Shown here piece by piece: positions 20,128 through 29,674 of a DNA stretch of 64,000 nucleotides. Numbering within the stretch: the first letter of the stretch is position 1; every line of letters begins with the position of its first letter. The position numbers and the translations under genes were made by a program. The stretch spans positions 1,244 to 65,243 of the forward strand of contig JAGXLU010000005.1 of assembly GCA_018334565.1 (NCBI GenBank), given 5' to 3'. Origin of the DNA: Halanaerobiales bacterium. Lineage in GTDB: Bacteria; Bacillota; Halanaerobiia; Halanaerobiales; M55B127. A model generated the notes under the pieces. The model did no database searches, was not told the origin of the DNA, and saw only the letters and a program-made list of their open reading frames with translations.

Positions 20128-21145
20128 ATAAATCTCCTTTTTTACTTTTATTCTCTATGTCCAGATGACTATAGGCAGATGAAGTTGCCACTCTCCCTCT
20201 TGGTGTTCTCTGTATAAAACCCATCTGAAGTAAGTATGGTTCGTAAACATCCTCAATAGTTTCTGTTTCTTCACTTATAGCGGCTGCCAGTGTATTTAGA
20301 CCTACTGGCCCTCCATCAAATTTTTCAATAATAACTCTTAATAATTTATGATCAATGCTGTCCAATCCCTTTTCATCTATTTCCAACAGCTTTAAAGCAT
20401 CATTTACAACCTCAGCCGATATAATACCTTCTGCTTTAACTTCTGCAAAATCGCGTACCCTTTTAAGCAGTCTGTTACTAATCCTAGGAGTGCCGCGCGA
20501 TCTCATGGCAATTTCTTTAGCTCCATTTTTATGTATATCAATATTCAATATTCTAGCAGACCTCTTAACAATGCGGGTTAACTCTTGATTATTATAAAAC
20601 TCAAGCCTGTTAATAACCCCAAATCTATCCCGAAGAGGTGAGCTTATCAGACCTGCTCGGGTGGTTGCACCAACCATAGTAAATGAATTTAAATCTAATC
20701 GCACAGATCTTGCACTTGGTCCCTTACCAATAATTATATCAAGACAGTAATCTTCCAGGGCTGGGTATAAAACTTCTTCAACCATCATATTTAATCTATG
20801 TATCTCATCTATAAATAATACATCATTGTCCTGTAAATTAGTTAAAATCGAAGCCAAATCTCCCGGTCTCTCAATAGCCGGACCTGAAGTTTTATGTATA
20901 TTTACATTCAACTCATTTGCTATTATTGTTGCAAGTGTGGTCTTGCCCAAACCTGGAGGTCCATATAACAAAACATGATCAAGGGCTTCGCCTCTTTTTT
21001 TAGCTGCTTTGATAAATATATCGAGTTTTTCTTTTGTTTTTTCCTGGCCGATATAGTATTGTAATTTTTCTGGTCTTAATTTTTTATCAAGCTGATTTTC
21101 ATCAAATTTCCTTTCGGGAGATATAATTCTATCCGAATCTTCCAT
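20111..21145 (-). CDS. ruvB: Holliday junction branch migration ATPase RuvB
   Basis: 344 aa with Walker [10 protein letters not shown], Walker [10 protein letters not shown] and a sensor arginine region. Confidence 0.97.
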   Translation of the reverse strand: MEDSDRIISPERKFDENQLDKKLRPEKLQYYIGQEKTKEKLDIFIKAAKKRGEALDHVLLYGPPGLGKTTLATIIANELNVNIHKTSGPAIERPGDLASILTNLQDNDVLFIDEIHRLNMMVEEVLYPALEDYCLDIIIGKGPSARSVRLDLNSFTMVGATTRAGLISSPLRDRFGVINRLEFYNNQELTRIVKRSARILNIDIHKNGAKEIAMRSRGTPRISNRLLKRVRDFAEVKAEGIISAEVVNDALKLLEIDEKGLDSIDHKLLRVIIEKFDGGPVGLNTLAAAISEETETIEDVYEPYLLQMGFIQRTPRGRVATSSAYSHLDIENKSKKGDLFDSNE

Positions 21146-21739
21146 TTAATGTTTATCCCTCCCCAAATAACTCAATACATCTTTGATCTTTTCTTCCAAT
21201 CCTTGATCATTATCTAAATCCATAGATTCAACAGCCTGGTCAACCTCTTTTTTACTGTAACCGAGTTGTGTTAAAGCTTCATAAAGATTTTCATCATATT
21301 TTTTCATTGATTGGCTTTTCTCAATCTGTAGCTCAGGCAACATATCCTCTATTTTTGATTTTAATTCCAGAATTAATCTCTGAGCAGTTTTTGGTCCAAT
21401 TCCAGATACTTCTTTAAGTACTGTAACATTTTCGGTTAAAATTGCATTGATAAACCTATCATAGGAAAGAAAAGACAGAATATTCATAGCAGCACTGGGA
21501 CCAACTCTGGAAACTGATAGAAGTATTTTAAATAACTTTTTCTCTTCAAAAGTTTCAAAGCCATAAAGCTGCATCGCATCTTCTCTTATATAAGTATAGA
21601 TAAATAATTCTAGTTTCTTATTAATATCTTTATTACTATAAATACCAGGAATTCGAACCTGATAACCAACTCCATTTACATCAATGATAATGCTGTCATT
21701 TTTATGAAATATTAATTTGCCTTCCAAATAACCTATCAT
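21146..21739 (-). CDS. ruvA: Holliday junction DNA-binding protein RuvA
   Basis: Homology starts at [11 protein letters not shown]. The ATG at 21739 overlaps the ruvC stop as ATGA, and the ORF-track start at 21754 adds 5 codons. An HhH region ([17 protein letters not shown]) is present. Confidence 0.93.
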   Translation of the reverse strand: MIGYLEGKLIFHKNDSIIIDVNGVGYQVRIPGIYSNKDINKKLELFIYTYIREDAMQLYGFETFEEKKLFKILLSVSRVGPSAAMNILSFLSYDRFINAILTENVTVLKEVSGIGPKTAQRLILELKSKIEDMLPELQIEKSQSMKKYDENLYEALTQLGYSKKEVDQAVESMDLDNDQGLEEKIKDVLSYLGRDKH

Positions 21740-22233
21740 AAAAGATCTCCCCATTTATTTTTATTACTATAACTATGCCCATGACAGATCGAAATAGCCA
21801 GGGCATCTGCTGCATCATCTGGTTTGGGAACTTCAGACAAATTAAGCAGTGTCTTCACCATTTGTTGAACCTGTTTTTTGGATGCCCTTCCATAACCAAC
21901 TACAGCCTGTTTGACCTGTAGTGGTGTATATTCAGCGACATTTATTCCCTGCTGGGCACCTGCCAGAAGAATTACTCCTCTTGCCTGACCAACCCTGATA
22001 GCAGTCTTAACATTTTTATTAAAAAAAAGCTCTTCTACAGCTATCTGACCTGGTTGATATTTGTCTATTAATAAAAGCAGGTTATTATACAACTCTGATA
22101 ATCTTTCTACATCATTGTTTTTGGGACTTGTAGTTATGATATCATAATCGATTACTTTAAAAGAATTGCCATTCTTTTTGATCACACCATAACCTGTTGT
22201 AGCCAATCCAGGATCTATACCTAAAATTAGCAA
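21736..22233 (-). CDS. ruvC: Crossover junction endodeoxyribonuclease RuvC
   Basis: 165 aa with [16 protein letters not shown] and C-terminal [12 protein letters not shown]-like catalytic residues. Confidence 0.95.
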   Translation of the reverse strand: MLILGIDPGLATTGYGVIKKNGNSFKVIDYDIITTSPKNNDVERLSELYNNLLLLIDKYQPGQIAVEELFFNKNVKTAIRVGQARGVILLAGAQQGINVAEYTPLQVKQAVVGYGRASKKQVQQMVKTLLNLSEVPKPDDAADALAISICHGHSYSNKNKWGDLL

Positions 22234-22269
22234 ATAATCACCTCTTTAAACAAAAAAAATATATTAATA

Positions 22270-22303
22270 AAGTAACAAATGACACTGTAAAACCAGTGTC
22301 ATT
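22270..22303 (-). terminator. Intrinsic terminator downstream of yebC
   Basis: A perfect 10-bp stem AATGACACTG / CAGTGTCATT (22278-22287 / 22294-22303) has a 6-nt loop. On the minus strand it is followed by TGTTACTTTATT. Confidence 0.55.
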
Positions 22304-22323
22304 AAATGAGTAGTCAATTAATG

Positions 22324-23085
22324 TTATTCCTCATTCTCTATCTCTTTCATGACATCACCTGGTATATCAAAATTAGAGTAAACCTCCTGAATATCATCAT
22401 GATCCTCTAAATCTTCCATCAGTCTTATCATTTTTTTAGCATCTGATTTATCTAATTCAATCACATTATTAGGCACCATCGCTAAATCAGCTTCTATAAA
22501 TTCAAATCCTTTTTCTTTTAATTTCTTTTGAACATCATGAAACTTTTTGGTTTCCGTATAAACAGTAACAAGATTATCTTCAGTTTCTATATCTTCTGCC
22601 CCAGCTTCAATCGCTTCCATCATAACTTCTTCTTCATTTAAATCAGTTGAATCAAGATTGATAATAATTTGACCTTTTCGGTCAAACATCCATGCCACAC
22701 AACCTTCTTCTCCCAAATTACCTGAATGTTCGGATAATAGATGTCTAATTTCTGAAGCGGTTCTATTCCTGTTATCACTCATTATATCCAAATAGAGGGC
22801 AACCCCACCTGGTCCATAACCTTCATATGAAAATTCTTTATAATCAACACCTTCTAATTCTCCAGTGCCTCTTTTTATTGCCCTTTCAATGTTTTCTTTG
22901 GGCATGTCATTATCTTTGGCCTTATCAATAGCAAAAGCTAAATCCGCATTCATTTCTGGATCTCCACCACCATTTCGGGCAGCAACGGTAATTTTTTTAG
23001 ATAATTTAGAAAAAAGTTTGCCTCTTTTCTTGTCTTGTTTTTGTTTTCTGTGCTTGATATTAGCCCACTTAGAATGTCCGGCCAT
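22324..23085 (-). CDS. yebC: YebC/PmpR-family DNA-binding transcriptional regulator
   Basis: 253 aa. The N-terminus is MAGHSKWANIKHRK, with conserved AARNGGGDPEMNADL. Confidence 0.95.
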   Translation of the reverse strand: MAGHSKWANIKHRKQKQDKKRGKLFSKLSKKITVAARNGGGDPEMNADLAFAIDKAKDNDMPKENIERAIKRGTGELEGVDYKEFSYEGYGPGGVALYLDIMSDNRNRTASEIRHLLSEHSGNLGEEGCVAWMFDRKGQIIINLDSTDLNEEEVMMEAIEAGAEDIETEDNLVTVYTETKKFHDVQKKLKEKGFEFIEADLAMVPNNVIELDKSDAKKMIRLMEDLEDHDDIQEVYSNFDIPGDVMKEIENEE

Positions 23086-23118
23086 AATATTACCTCCTAA
23101 AACTTTACTCTGTTTTTT

Positions 23119-23147
23119 ATTTTAACATAACTACGTATTATTTTCAA
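23119..23147 (-). promoter_or_regulatory. Sigma-A type promoter for yebC-ruvCAB
   Basis: Minus strand reads TTGAAA (23147-23142), 17 nt, then TGtTAAAAT (hexamer 23124-23119). Confidence 0.5.
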
Positions 23148-23182
23148 TTTAGCAGGCAAGAAAAGAAACATATGTTTGATAT

Positions 23183-23518
23183 AAGAGCAGTACTGTAAGC
23201 CGGGTTTTGTATTAGATAATCATCTATCTAGGATAACAATTACTTGTTATCTCAAGCGTCCAACCCGGAGAAAAAGCGGGCTACTTTCTCTTCTCCCTAT
23301 TTGGACTTACTTTAGATGGGGTTTACCAAACTATTCAGTCACCTGAATATTGGTGAGCTCTTACCTCACCTTTTCACCCTTACCATTTAATGGCGGTATA
23401 TTTTCTGTGGCACTTTCCTGGGAGTTACCTCCACTGGTAGTTAGCCAGCATCCTACCCTGTAAAGCCCGGACTTTCCTCGTTAGAATAAACTCTACCGTG
23501 ATTATCTGTACTGCTCTT
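23183..23518 (-). ncRNA. rnpB: RNase P RNA
   Basis: The minus strand contains the universal blocks GAGGAAAGTCCGGGC, ACAGAAAATATACCGCC, AGGGTGAAAAGGTGAGGTAAGAGCTCACC and ACAAAACCCGGCTTA. The P1 helix is formed by AAGAGCAGTAC at the 5' end and GTACTGCTCTT at the 3' end. Confidence 0.95.
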
Positions 23519-23537
23519 ATTTTAAATTAGCATTAAC

Positions 23538-23566
23538 AGTATAGCAAGCATTTATAGTTTAGTCAA
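23538..23566 (-). promoter_or_regulatory. Sigma-A type promoter for rnpB
   Basis: Minus strand reads TTGACT (23566-23561), 17 nt, then TATACT (23543-23538), about 20 nt upstream of the P1 helix. Confidence 0.6.
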
Positions 23567-23756
23567 GTTAGTAACAACCTAGGCTACTTTCGAATAAAAG
23601 CTCTTTAAAATCCGTTAGATCTTTTTGCATACTTAACTTCAGAACTCTTAAAGTATAATATTTTAACTATATAATATTAATAGGTTTCCTACTAAATCAT
23701 TATTTTATAAAAAATATATTAAACTTCAAAATGATACTTTTTGTGCAGATTTTAAA

Positions 23757-23930
23757 TTAGAGATTCATATAAAGCCTCATATATTGGGCTTTAGTATCTA
23801 AAAAGAGTAGTCCAGCAGTATTTTTTGCGAAAAAGAAAATTGCAAGTATTAAGAACTCTGAACTTTGTTTTTTTATTTTTATTCTCCAAACTGTTGACAA
23901 ATCACTACTTTGTTGTATAATATTTGTCAT
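23757..23930 (-). CDS. Candidate unannotated small protein (57 aa, partly hydrophobic); possible type I toxin-like peptide
   Basis: My own translation gives MTNIIQQSSDLSTVWRIKIKKQSSEFLILAIFFFAKNTAGLLFLDTKAQYMRLYMNL. An AAAGGAG SD (23947-23941) lies 10 nt upstream of the ATG. The ORF is below the 60-aa cutoff of the track. I recognise no homology, and it could be a chance ORF in AT-rich spacer. Confidence 0.3.
   Translation of the reverse strand: MTNIIQQSSDLSTVWRIKIKKQSSEFLILAIFFFAKNTAGLLFLDTKAQYMRLYMNL
23894..23921 (+). promoter_or_regulatory. Near-consensus plus-strand promoter inside the spacer
   Basis: It reads TTGACA (23894-23899), 16 nt, then TATAAT (23916-23921). It lies inside codons 4-13 of the minus-strand small ORF and fires toward that ORF's start codon. 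Confidence 0.5.
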
Positions 23931-23977
23931 AGAGACCTCGCTCCTTTGTTTGGGTTATGAGGTCTTTATTCTTTTTT
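23928..23977 (+). ncRNA. Candidate ~50-nt cis-antisense sRNA (promoter-to-terminator unit)
   Basis: The predicted start is about 7 nt after the -10 element. A 9-bp stem AGAGACCTC/GAGGTCTTT (23931-23939 / 23959-23967, one G-U pair) encloses a loop carrying the anti-SD CTCCTTT. It is followed by ATTCTTTTTT. The RNA is fully complementary to the SD and start codon of the minus-strand ORF. Confidence 0.4.
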
Positions 23978-24123
23978 ATCTAACATCCCTGCTTTCTACC
24001 GAAACTTTCACAATTTTTAAAACTGCTCATTTCAAGTAGCTTTAAATTTTTCTTAGTCAAAATTTCATCAAAGACCTTTTTATATTTTTAGACATTATAA
24101 TCATAACTTTTAAGCAATGACTC

Positions 24124-24152
24124 ATATTAAATCAATATACAAATTAAGTCAA
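24124..24152 (-). promoter_or_regulatory. Candidate promoter giving a ~190-nt leader for the small ORF
   Basis: Minus strand reads TTGACT (24152-24147), 17 nt, then TAATAT (24129-24124), about 20 nt downstream of the nif3 stop. Confidence 0.4.
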
Positions 24153-24171
24153 GTACATTTAAAAGAAAATT

Positions 24172-25287
24172 TTAATAATAAGTCCAAGGATTAGTTTTGA
24201 TCTTAGATTTGATGATTTCAATTTTGAGCCGATCTTTATTTTTTGCTTTTTGTAAATAGTTAAAAGCTAACTCCTTAAAGATTTCTTCAGTTTCAAAATG
24301 ACCGGCATCAATCAGATTTAAATCTAATTCTTCTGCCAGCTGAGCCTCATGGTACTTGACATCACCTGTTATATAGAGATCTGCTCCTTTGGCTTTAGAT
24401 AAACTTATATAATCTGCACCTGCCCCACTACATAAAGCTACTTTATGAATATTATCATCCATATTTCCTCTGATTTTCAGTTTTTTAATATCCAAGATAT
24501 CTTTAATTTTTTCACAGTATTTTTCTAAATTTATTTTTCTTTGTAAAAAACCTATTCTCCCCATACCTCTATACTTTGATTGTTGGGGTAATCGGTATAG
24601 ATCATAAGCAACTTCTTCATAGGGGTGAACCTTTAGCATTGCCTTTATAACATTGTCAATCTTGTTTTCAAAAACAACTGTTTCTATCTTTACTTCTTTA
24701 ACTTTTTCTAAATTACCTTTTTTACCTGTATAGGGATCGGTATTTTCACCCGGTAAAAAAGTCCCTTCACCTTGAATAGAAAAAGATGTATTACTATAAT
24801 CACCAATATGTCCAGCACCTTTTTTAAAAAGAGTCTTTTTGATTTTTTCACTGTATTTAATAGGAACATAAACAGCCAATTTATATAACTTTGTTTCTTT
24901 TTGGCGGGAAAGTATTTCTGTGTTGGTTATACTAAGTTTTTCAGCTAATAGATCATTTAATCCCCCCTTTGCCATATCCATGTTGGTATGAGTTGAATAT
25001 ATAGCAATATTATTTTTGATGGCTTTTATTATAATCCTGCCTTTAGCAGTCTGATTATGTATATTATCTAGACCATTAAAAATCAACGGATGATGACTTA
25101 TGATAAGATCAATATCTGCTTGAATAGCCTCTTTTAATACTTTTTCATTAATATCAAGAGTGACCATTACTCTCCTGATCTTACTATTATAATTTCCCAC
25201 CTGTAATCCTACATTATCCCACTCCATAGCATCACTATGGGGAGCTAGTTTAGCTAACGTTGATATTAACTGTTGTAAATTGTTCAT
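24172..25287 (-). CDS. Nif3-like dinuclear metal centre protein (YqfO / GTP cyclohydrolase 1 type 2 homologue)
   Basis: 371 aa with the NIF3 motifs WDNVGLQVG, ISHHPLIF and THTNMD, plus the inserted PII-like middle domain typical of YqfO. Confidence 0.9.
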   Translation of the reverse strand: MNNLQQLISTLAKLAPHSDAMEWDNVGLQVGNYNSKIRRVMVTLDINEKVLKEAIQADIDLIISHHPLIFNGLDNIHNQTAKGRIIIKAIKNNIAIYSTHTNMDMAKGGLNDLLAEKLSITNTEILSRQKETKLYKLAVYVPIKYSEKIKKTLFKKGAGHIGDYSNTSFSIQGEGTFLPGENTDPYTGKKGNLEKVKEVKIETVVFENKIDNVIKAMLKVHPYEEVAYDLYRLPQQSKYRGMGRIGFLQRKINLEKYCEKIKDILDIKKLKIRGNMDDNIHKVALCSGAGADYISLSKAKGADLYITGDVKYHEAQLAEELDLNLIDAGHFETEEIFKELAFNYLQKAKNKDRLKIEIIKSKIKTNPWTYY

Positions 25288-25322
25288 TTATATACACCCC
25301 TCGTATATTTTAATAATTAAAT

Positions 25323-25354
25323 CAAAAAAACCCTGTTCAGATTAAAGAACAAGG
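25323..25354 (-). terminator. Intrinsic terminator after the tRNA
   Basis: Minus strand reads CCTTGTTC-TTTAATCT-GAACAGGG (7 of 8 bp) followed by TTTTTTT. Confidence 0.7.
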
Positions 25355-25365
25355 TTTAATTACTT

Positions 25366-25442
25366 TGGTGGGCCTACTAGGATTCGAACCTAGGACTAAC
25401 CGGTTATGAGCCGGTTGCTCTGACCAGCTGAGCTATAGGCCC
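25366..25442 (-). tRNA. tRNA with CAU anticodon (Met by anticodon; acceptor stem suggests lysidine-modified tRNA-Ile2)
   Basis: The minus strand reads GGGCCTATAGCTCAGCTGGTCAGAGCAACCGGCTCATAACCGGTTAGTCCTAGGTTCGAATCCTAGTAGGCCCACCA. It folds into a full cloverleaf: acceptor GGGCCTA/TAGGCCC, D stem GCTC/GAGC, anticodon stem ACCGG/CCGGT with loop CTCATAA, and T stem CTAGG/CCTAG with loop TTCGAAT. The CCA end is encoded. Confidence 0.95.
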
Positions 25443-25597
25443 TTTTATATTAAGCTTTTATGCTTATTTATTAACACAAAAGTAATTATATGATAGAAAA
25501 CTCGGAAGGTCAAAGCAGCATATGACCTCTAATCACGATTTTAGATAAATTATCTTATAATTGCTCCTAAATAATCTCTATTACTCTTATATACTAT

Positions 25598-26683
25598 TTA
25601 ACTTAAATAATCTTTTAATTTTTTACTACGACTTGGATGTCTAAGTTTTCTTAAAGCCTTTGCTTCTATCTGCCTGATTCTTTCTCTTGTTACACCAAAT
25701 TCTTTGCCTACTTCTTCTAGAGTTCTCGGCCTTCCATCCTCTATTCCAAATCTAAGTTCCAGTACTCTTTTTTCTCTATCTGTCAACGTATCTAATACAT
25801 TGTCCAACTGGTCCCTAAGCAGCATATAGGAGGCTGCTGAAGCTGGTGCAGGTGCATCTTCATCTTCAATGAAGTCTCCAAGATGACTATCTTCTTCTTC
25901 GCCTATAGGTGTTTCTAGAGATACTGGTTCCTGGGCAATTTTTTTGATCTCCCTTACCTTATCTGCACTCATATCCATCTCTTCTCCAATTTCTTCTGGA
26001 GTAGGTTCTCTTCCCTTTTCCTGCAAAAGCTGACGAGAAACTCTAATCAATTTGTTGATCGTTTCTACCATGTGAACAGGAATACGTATGGTCCTAGCTT
26101 GATCAGCAATTGAACGTGTTATCGCCTGTCTTATCCACCAGGTAGCATAGGTGCTAAATTTATAACCCTTAGTATAATCAAATTTTTCCACAGCCTTCAT
26201 AAGGCCCATATTGCCCTCCTGAATAAGATCAAGAAATAACATACCTCGCCCTACATATTTTTTTGCAATACTAACCACCAATCTCAGGTTAGCTTCGACT
26301 AGTTGTCTTTTAGCTTCCATATCACCTTGTTCCATTCTCTTGGCTAAGCTTACCTCTTCTTCTGCAGTTAATAAGTCAACTTTACCAATTTCTTTTAAAT
26401 ACATACGAACAGGATCATCTATTCCAACACCCTGAGGAATGCTTAAATCTAATTCAGAATCATCTTCTTCATCATCATCATCATCTTCTTTTTCATTATC
26501 TATAATATCTATATCCAACTCATCGAAAACATCATAAATCTCAGCGATATCTTCAGAATCTAATTCTATATCTTCTAAGGAATCCATTATCTCCTCATAG
26601 GTTAACTCTCCCTCTTTTTTGCCGCTTTTAATAAGTTTCTGAACTTCTTTTAAATTTTCGGGTTTTGTGTTTTCTTTAACCAT
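25598..26683 (-). CDS. sigA: RNA polymerase primary sigma factor (SigA/RpoD)
   Basis: 361 aa. It has region 2.4 [12 protein letters not shown] and region 4.2 [30 protein letters not shown], with an acidic region 1.1 containing a DDDDDEEDD run. Confidence 0.97.
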   Translation of the reverse strand: MVKENTKPENLKEVQKLIKSGKKEGELTYEEIMDSLEDIELDSEDIAEIYDVFDELDIDIIDNEKEDDDDDEEDDSELDLSIPQGVGIDDPVRMYLKEIGKVDLLTAEEEVSLAKRMEQGDMEAKRQLVEANLRLVVSIAKKYVGRGMLFLDLIQEGNMGLMKAVEKFDYTKGYKFSTYATWWIRQAITRSIADQARTIRIPVHMVETINKLIRVSRQLLQEKGREPTPEEIGEEMDMSADKVREIKKIAQEPVSLETPIGEEEDSHLGDFIEDEDAPAPASAASYMLLRDQLDNVLDTLTDREKRVLELRFGIEDGRPRTLEEVGKEFGVTRERIRQIEAKALRKLRHPSRSKKLKDYLS

Positions 26684-26700
26684 GTATATTACCTCCTTCC

Positions 26701-28452
26701 CTAAATCTGTTCTATTTCGAAATAATCTCTTAAGAGATTGTTTATTTCATCTGTCCGTACTTCTGTTTTTTTTAACCTATCATAAAGACCTTTTTTCGTA
26801 GTTTGTTTATAATCCGATTTTATAGTATTCAATAGGGCTGAAAATTTTTCCTGACTGACTTCTTGACTTTCTTTTACTGTTAAGATCATCAGATATTTGA
26901 TCAGCTCTTCATTCTCAACCTCATCCTCAATATTTATATTTATGATATCTTGACCTTTATCAATAATAAACTTATAAGCCTTATGATAAATACCTTCAAA
27001 ATACTCTAATTTAAGATTTTGACGAGCTATTTTGATTCTTGATGGATTGTCAATCAAGGTTTTAATTAATAAATCATTTTTATTCAAAACATCAATATTT
27101 TTTTGAGAACCCTTTTCTTTTATTCTGTTCTTATTAGTATTTTCCTGCTTATTTTTTTGATTAAAAGTTTTTAATGCATCTTTCATAGCATTTTTATCAA
27201 TATTTAAAATTTCAGCAGATTTTTTTAAATAAACATCCAATTCAATTGGATCTTTGATTCGCGAAAGTATTTCTAGTACTTTTTTAGACCGGCTGATTCT
27301 CTGGTTTATACTATAGCTGTCATCTTCATTAACAACCATTCTAATTTTAAATTCGATTAAGCTATCTGCATTATCCATTAGGCTTTTAAACCTATCAAGA
27401 CCGTTTTCTTTGATAAAATTATCCGGATCTTTTTGTGCTGGTAGCTCTATTACTCTAACATTAAGTTCAGCCTTTTTTAATATATCCAACCCCTTTATAG
27501 TAGCATTTTCACCTGCAAAATCAGGATCAAAAGCGATATAAACGGTATCTACATATCTTTTTAATAATCTGGCCTGATCGTAAGTTAGAGCTGTACCTAG
27601 AGAAGCTACTGCAGTATTTAAACCATATTTATGAGCGGTTATTACATCAGTATATCCCTCCATGATGACAGCGCTGTTATTATCCCTAAATCCTCTTCGA
27701 GACCAGTTAATGCCATAGAGGCTCTTGCCTTTATGAAAAATTGGTGTCTCTGGAGAATTAAAATATTTCGGATTTTCTTTGTCTTCATCATTTAATCTTC
27801 TACCACCAAAGCCGATAACCTCACTCTGGGAATTAAAAATGGGGAACATCACTCTATCACGAAATTTATCATAATAATAATTATTTTTGCTGCCGATTAC
27901 TCCACTCTCTATTAGAATTTTATTATCATAATCTCTTTTAGTTAAGAAATTATACAGACTATGCCAGCTATCAGGGGCATAACCAATATGATATCTTTCC
28001 ATATCCTTTTCAGTATAACCTCTATTAGTAAGATATTTATAAGCCTCATTACCTATCTGTTTATTTAGAAGTAAAAAATTATAAAACTTAGCAGCAAGCT
28101 TATTAATAGCAAATATCTTTTCTCTCTTTTTTTTATAATCACTGGAATAATCACTCTTTTTGGGTAATTCTATATGGGCCCTTTTGGCCAAAATTTTAAG
28201 GCTTTCATAAAAAGTAATATTTTCAATTTCCATCATAAAATTAAAAATATCTCCACCTTTTCCACAACCAAAACAATAATAAAATTGATTATCGGGATTA
28301 ACTGTAAAAGATGGAGTTTTTTCTTGATGAAAAGGACATAGCCCCTTATAGTTTTTGCCTGATTTCTTTAATTGAACATAATCAGAAACTACTTCAACTA
28401 TATCTATTCTATCCTTAACTTTTTTACTGAGATTATCATTATATTGATTCAT
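26701..28452 (-). CDS. dnaG: DNA primase
   Basis: It has a Zn ribbon ([13 protein letters not shown]...CFGCGKGG) and a TOPRIM domain (EGYTDV). The start is either ATG 28452 or ATG 28461. The AGGA element abuts 28461, so I prefer 28452. Confidence 0.95.
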   Translation of the reverse strand: MNQYNDNLSKKVKDRIDIVEVVSDYVQLKKSGKNYKGLCPFHQEKTPSFTVNPDNQFYYCFGCGKGGDIFNFMMEIENITFYESLKILAKRAHIELPKKSDYSSDYKKKREKIFAINKLAAKFYNFLLLNKQIGNEAYKYLTNRGYTEKDMERYHIGYAPDSWHSLYNFLTKRDYDNKILIESGVIGSKNNYYYDKFRDRVMFPIFNSQSEVIGFGGRRLNDEDKENPKYFNSPETPIFHKGKSLYGINWSRRGFRDNNSAVIMEGYTDVITAHKYGLNTAVASLGTALTYDQARLLKRYVDTVYIAFDPDFAGENATIKGLDILKKAELNVRVIELPAQKDPDNFIKENGLDRFKSLMDNADSLIEFKIRMVVNEDDSYSINQRISRSKKVLEILSRIKDPIELDVYLKKSAEILNIDKNAMKDALKTFNQKNKQENTNKNRIKEKGSQKNIDVLNKNDLLIKTLIDNPSRIKIARQNLKLEYFEGIYHKAYKFIIDKGQDIININIEDEVENEELIKYLMILTVKESQEVSQEKFSALLNTIKSDYKQTTKKGLYDRLKKTEVRTDEINNLLRDYFEIEQI

Positions 28453-28570
28453 AATTATCATTCCTGATATATTTAATATTCTTTATAAATAGATAAATTC
28501 CTTTATTAATTACCTTAACCCATAATGTATTATTCAAAAATCAAAGAAATAATCCTGCCTAAAATATAAA

Positions 28571-29578
28571 TTAATCAACAAACCATGGTTCTGGTATATA
28601 AATATCTTTTGTGACTTTTATTGCATAACGGTCAGACATGCCTGCTATATAATCGATAATAATCTGTTCTTTATTGTGCTCCTCTATTCTATTTCTAAAT
28701 TCATTCGGTATTCTCTTCGGATTATTTTTATAATATGTGTAAAGCAGGGTGATCATCCTTTTAACTTTACTTTCTTCTTTTTTGGCTAAAGAACCAAAAT
28801 ATATATTTTCAAAAAGATACTCTCTCAACATATTGGTGGCCTCAAGCACCTTTTTACCTCTTTGTATATGGTCTTGATTTCTACTTGCATTAATCAAATC
28901 ACGCACCATTGTATCAATTCTTTTAGTATGTGTTTCACCCAATACTTTTAGAGCCTTTTTTGGTAAGTCCTTTTGATTAATCAAACCCGCTCTTAATGCA
29001 TCGTCTATATCATGATTAATGTAAGCAATACGATCTGCAATCCTAACAATATTCCCTTCTAGAGTATTGGGTTTCTGATCTCCAGTATGGTTCACTATGC
29101 CATCTCTTACTTCTTTTGTCAGATTCAATCCAGGTATTTCATCTTTTCTTTTTTCTAATATTTCAACTACTCTCAAGCTCTGCTGATTATGAGAAAATTT
29201 CTTTTCAGAGACCTCATTTAAAGCAGTTTCGCCCGCATGTCCAAAGGGAGTATGACCTAAATCATGTCCTAGGGCTATCGCTTCAGTCAAATCTTCATTT
29301 AAGCGCAGACTTCTGGCGATAGTACGTGCAATCTGGGAGACCTCCAGAGTATGAGTCAATCTTGTGCGATAGTGATCACCTTCTGGAGCAATAAAAACCT
29401 GAGTTTTATGTTTCAGCCTTCTAAAAGCCTTAGAATGTATTATTCTATCTCTATCCCTTTGATAACATGTCCTTATCTGACATTTTTTTTCCTCATAGTC
29501 CCGCCCCTTACTTTTTCGACTAAAAGAAGCATATTGAGAGAGCTCTCTCAATTCTTTTTCTTCAATATGTTTTCTCAT
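28571..29578 (-). CDS. dgt: dGTP triphosphohydrolase-like HD-domain protein
   Basis: 335 aa with RDRDRIIHSKAFRRLKHKTQV, RLTHTLEVSQIAR and GHDLGHTPFGHAGE. Confidence 0.92.
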   Translation of the reverse strand: MRKHIEEKELRELSQYASFSRKSKGRDYEEKKCQIRTCYQRDRDRIIHSKAFRRLKHKTQVFIAPEGDHYRTRLTHTLEVSQIARTIARSLRLNEDLTEAIALGHDLGHTPFGHAGETALNEVSEKKFSHNQQSLRVVEILEKRKDEIPGLNLTKEVRDGIVNHTGDQKPNTLEGNIVRIADRIAYINHDIDDALRAGLINQKDLPKKALKVLGETHTKRIDTMVRDLINASRNQDHIQRGKKVLEATNMLREYLFENIYFGSLAKKEESKVKRMITLLYTYYKNNPKRIPNEFRNRIEEHNKEQIIIDYIAGMSDRYAIKVTKDIYIPEPWFVD

Positions 29579-29599
29579 AAAACTTTACCCCTTTTTGTA

Positions 29600-29631
29600 A
29601 AAAGAAAGAAAACCCATACTAATAAGTATGG
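29600..29631 (-). terminator. Intrinsic terminator after ppdK
   Basis: A 7-bp stem CCATACT/AGTATGG (29625-29631 / 29614-20 on the minus strand) has a 4-nt loop and is followed on the minus strand by GTTTTCTTTCTTTTT. Confidence 0.6.
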
Positions 29632-29674
29632 ATTCCCTTCTTTAAACAAGTATTTTTGTTATTGAATACTTATA

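Noticed and set aside
23166-23177. A 12-bp palindrome, AAACATATGTTT, lies immediately 3' of rnpB.
   Set aside because: It has no loop, so it is not a terminator hairpin. It is short and AT-rich, and chance occurrence is plausible.
23636-23862. Two similar segments, TTCAGAACTCTTAA (about 23638) and TTAAGAACTCTGAA (about 23849), flank the small ORF's 3' region.
   Set aside because: Only an 8-nt core (AGAACTCT) is shared, and as a direct repeat. The flanks are mirror-like rather than complementary. This is within chance expectation for AT-rich spacer.
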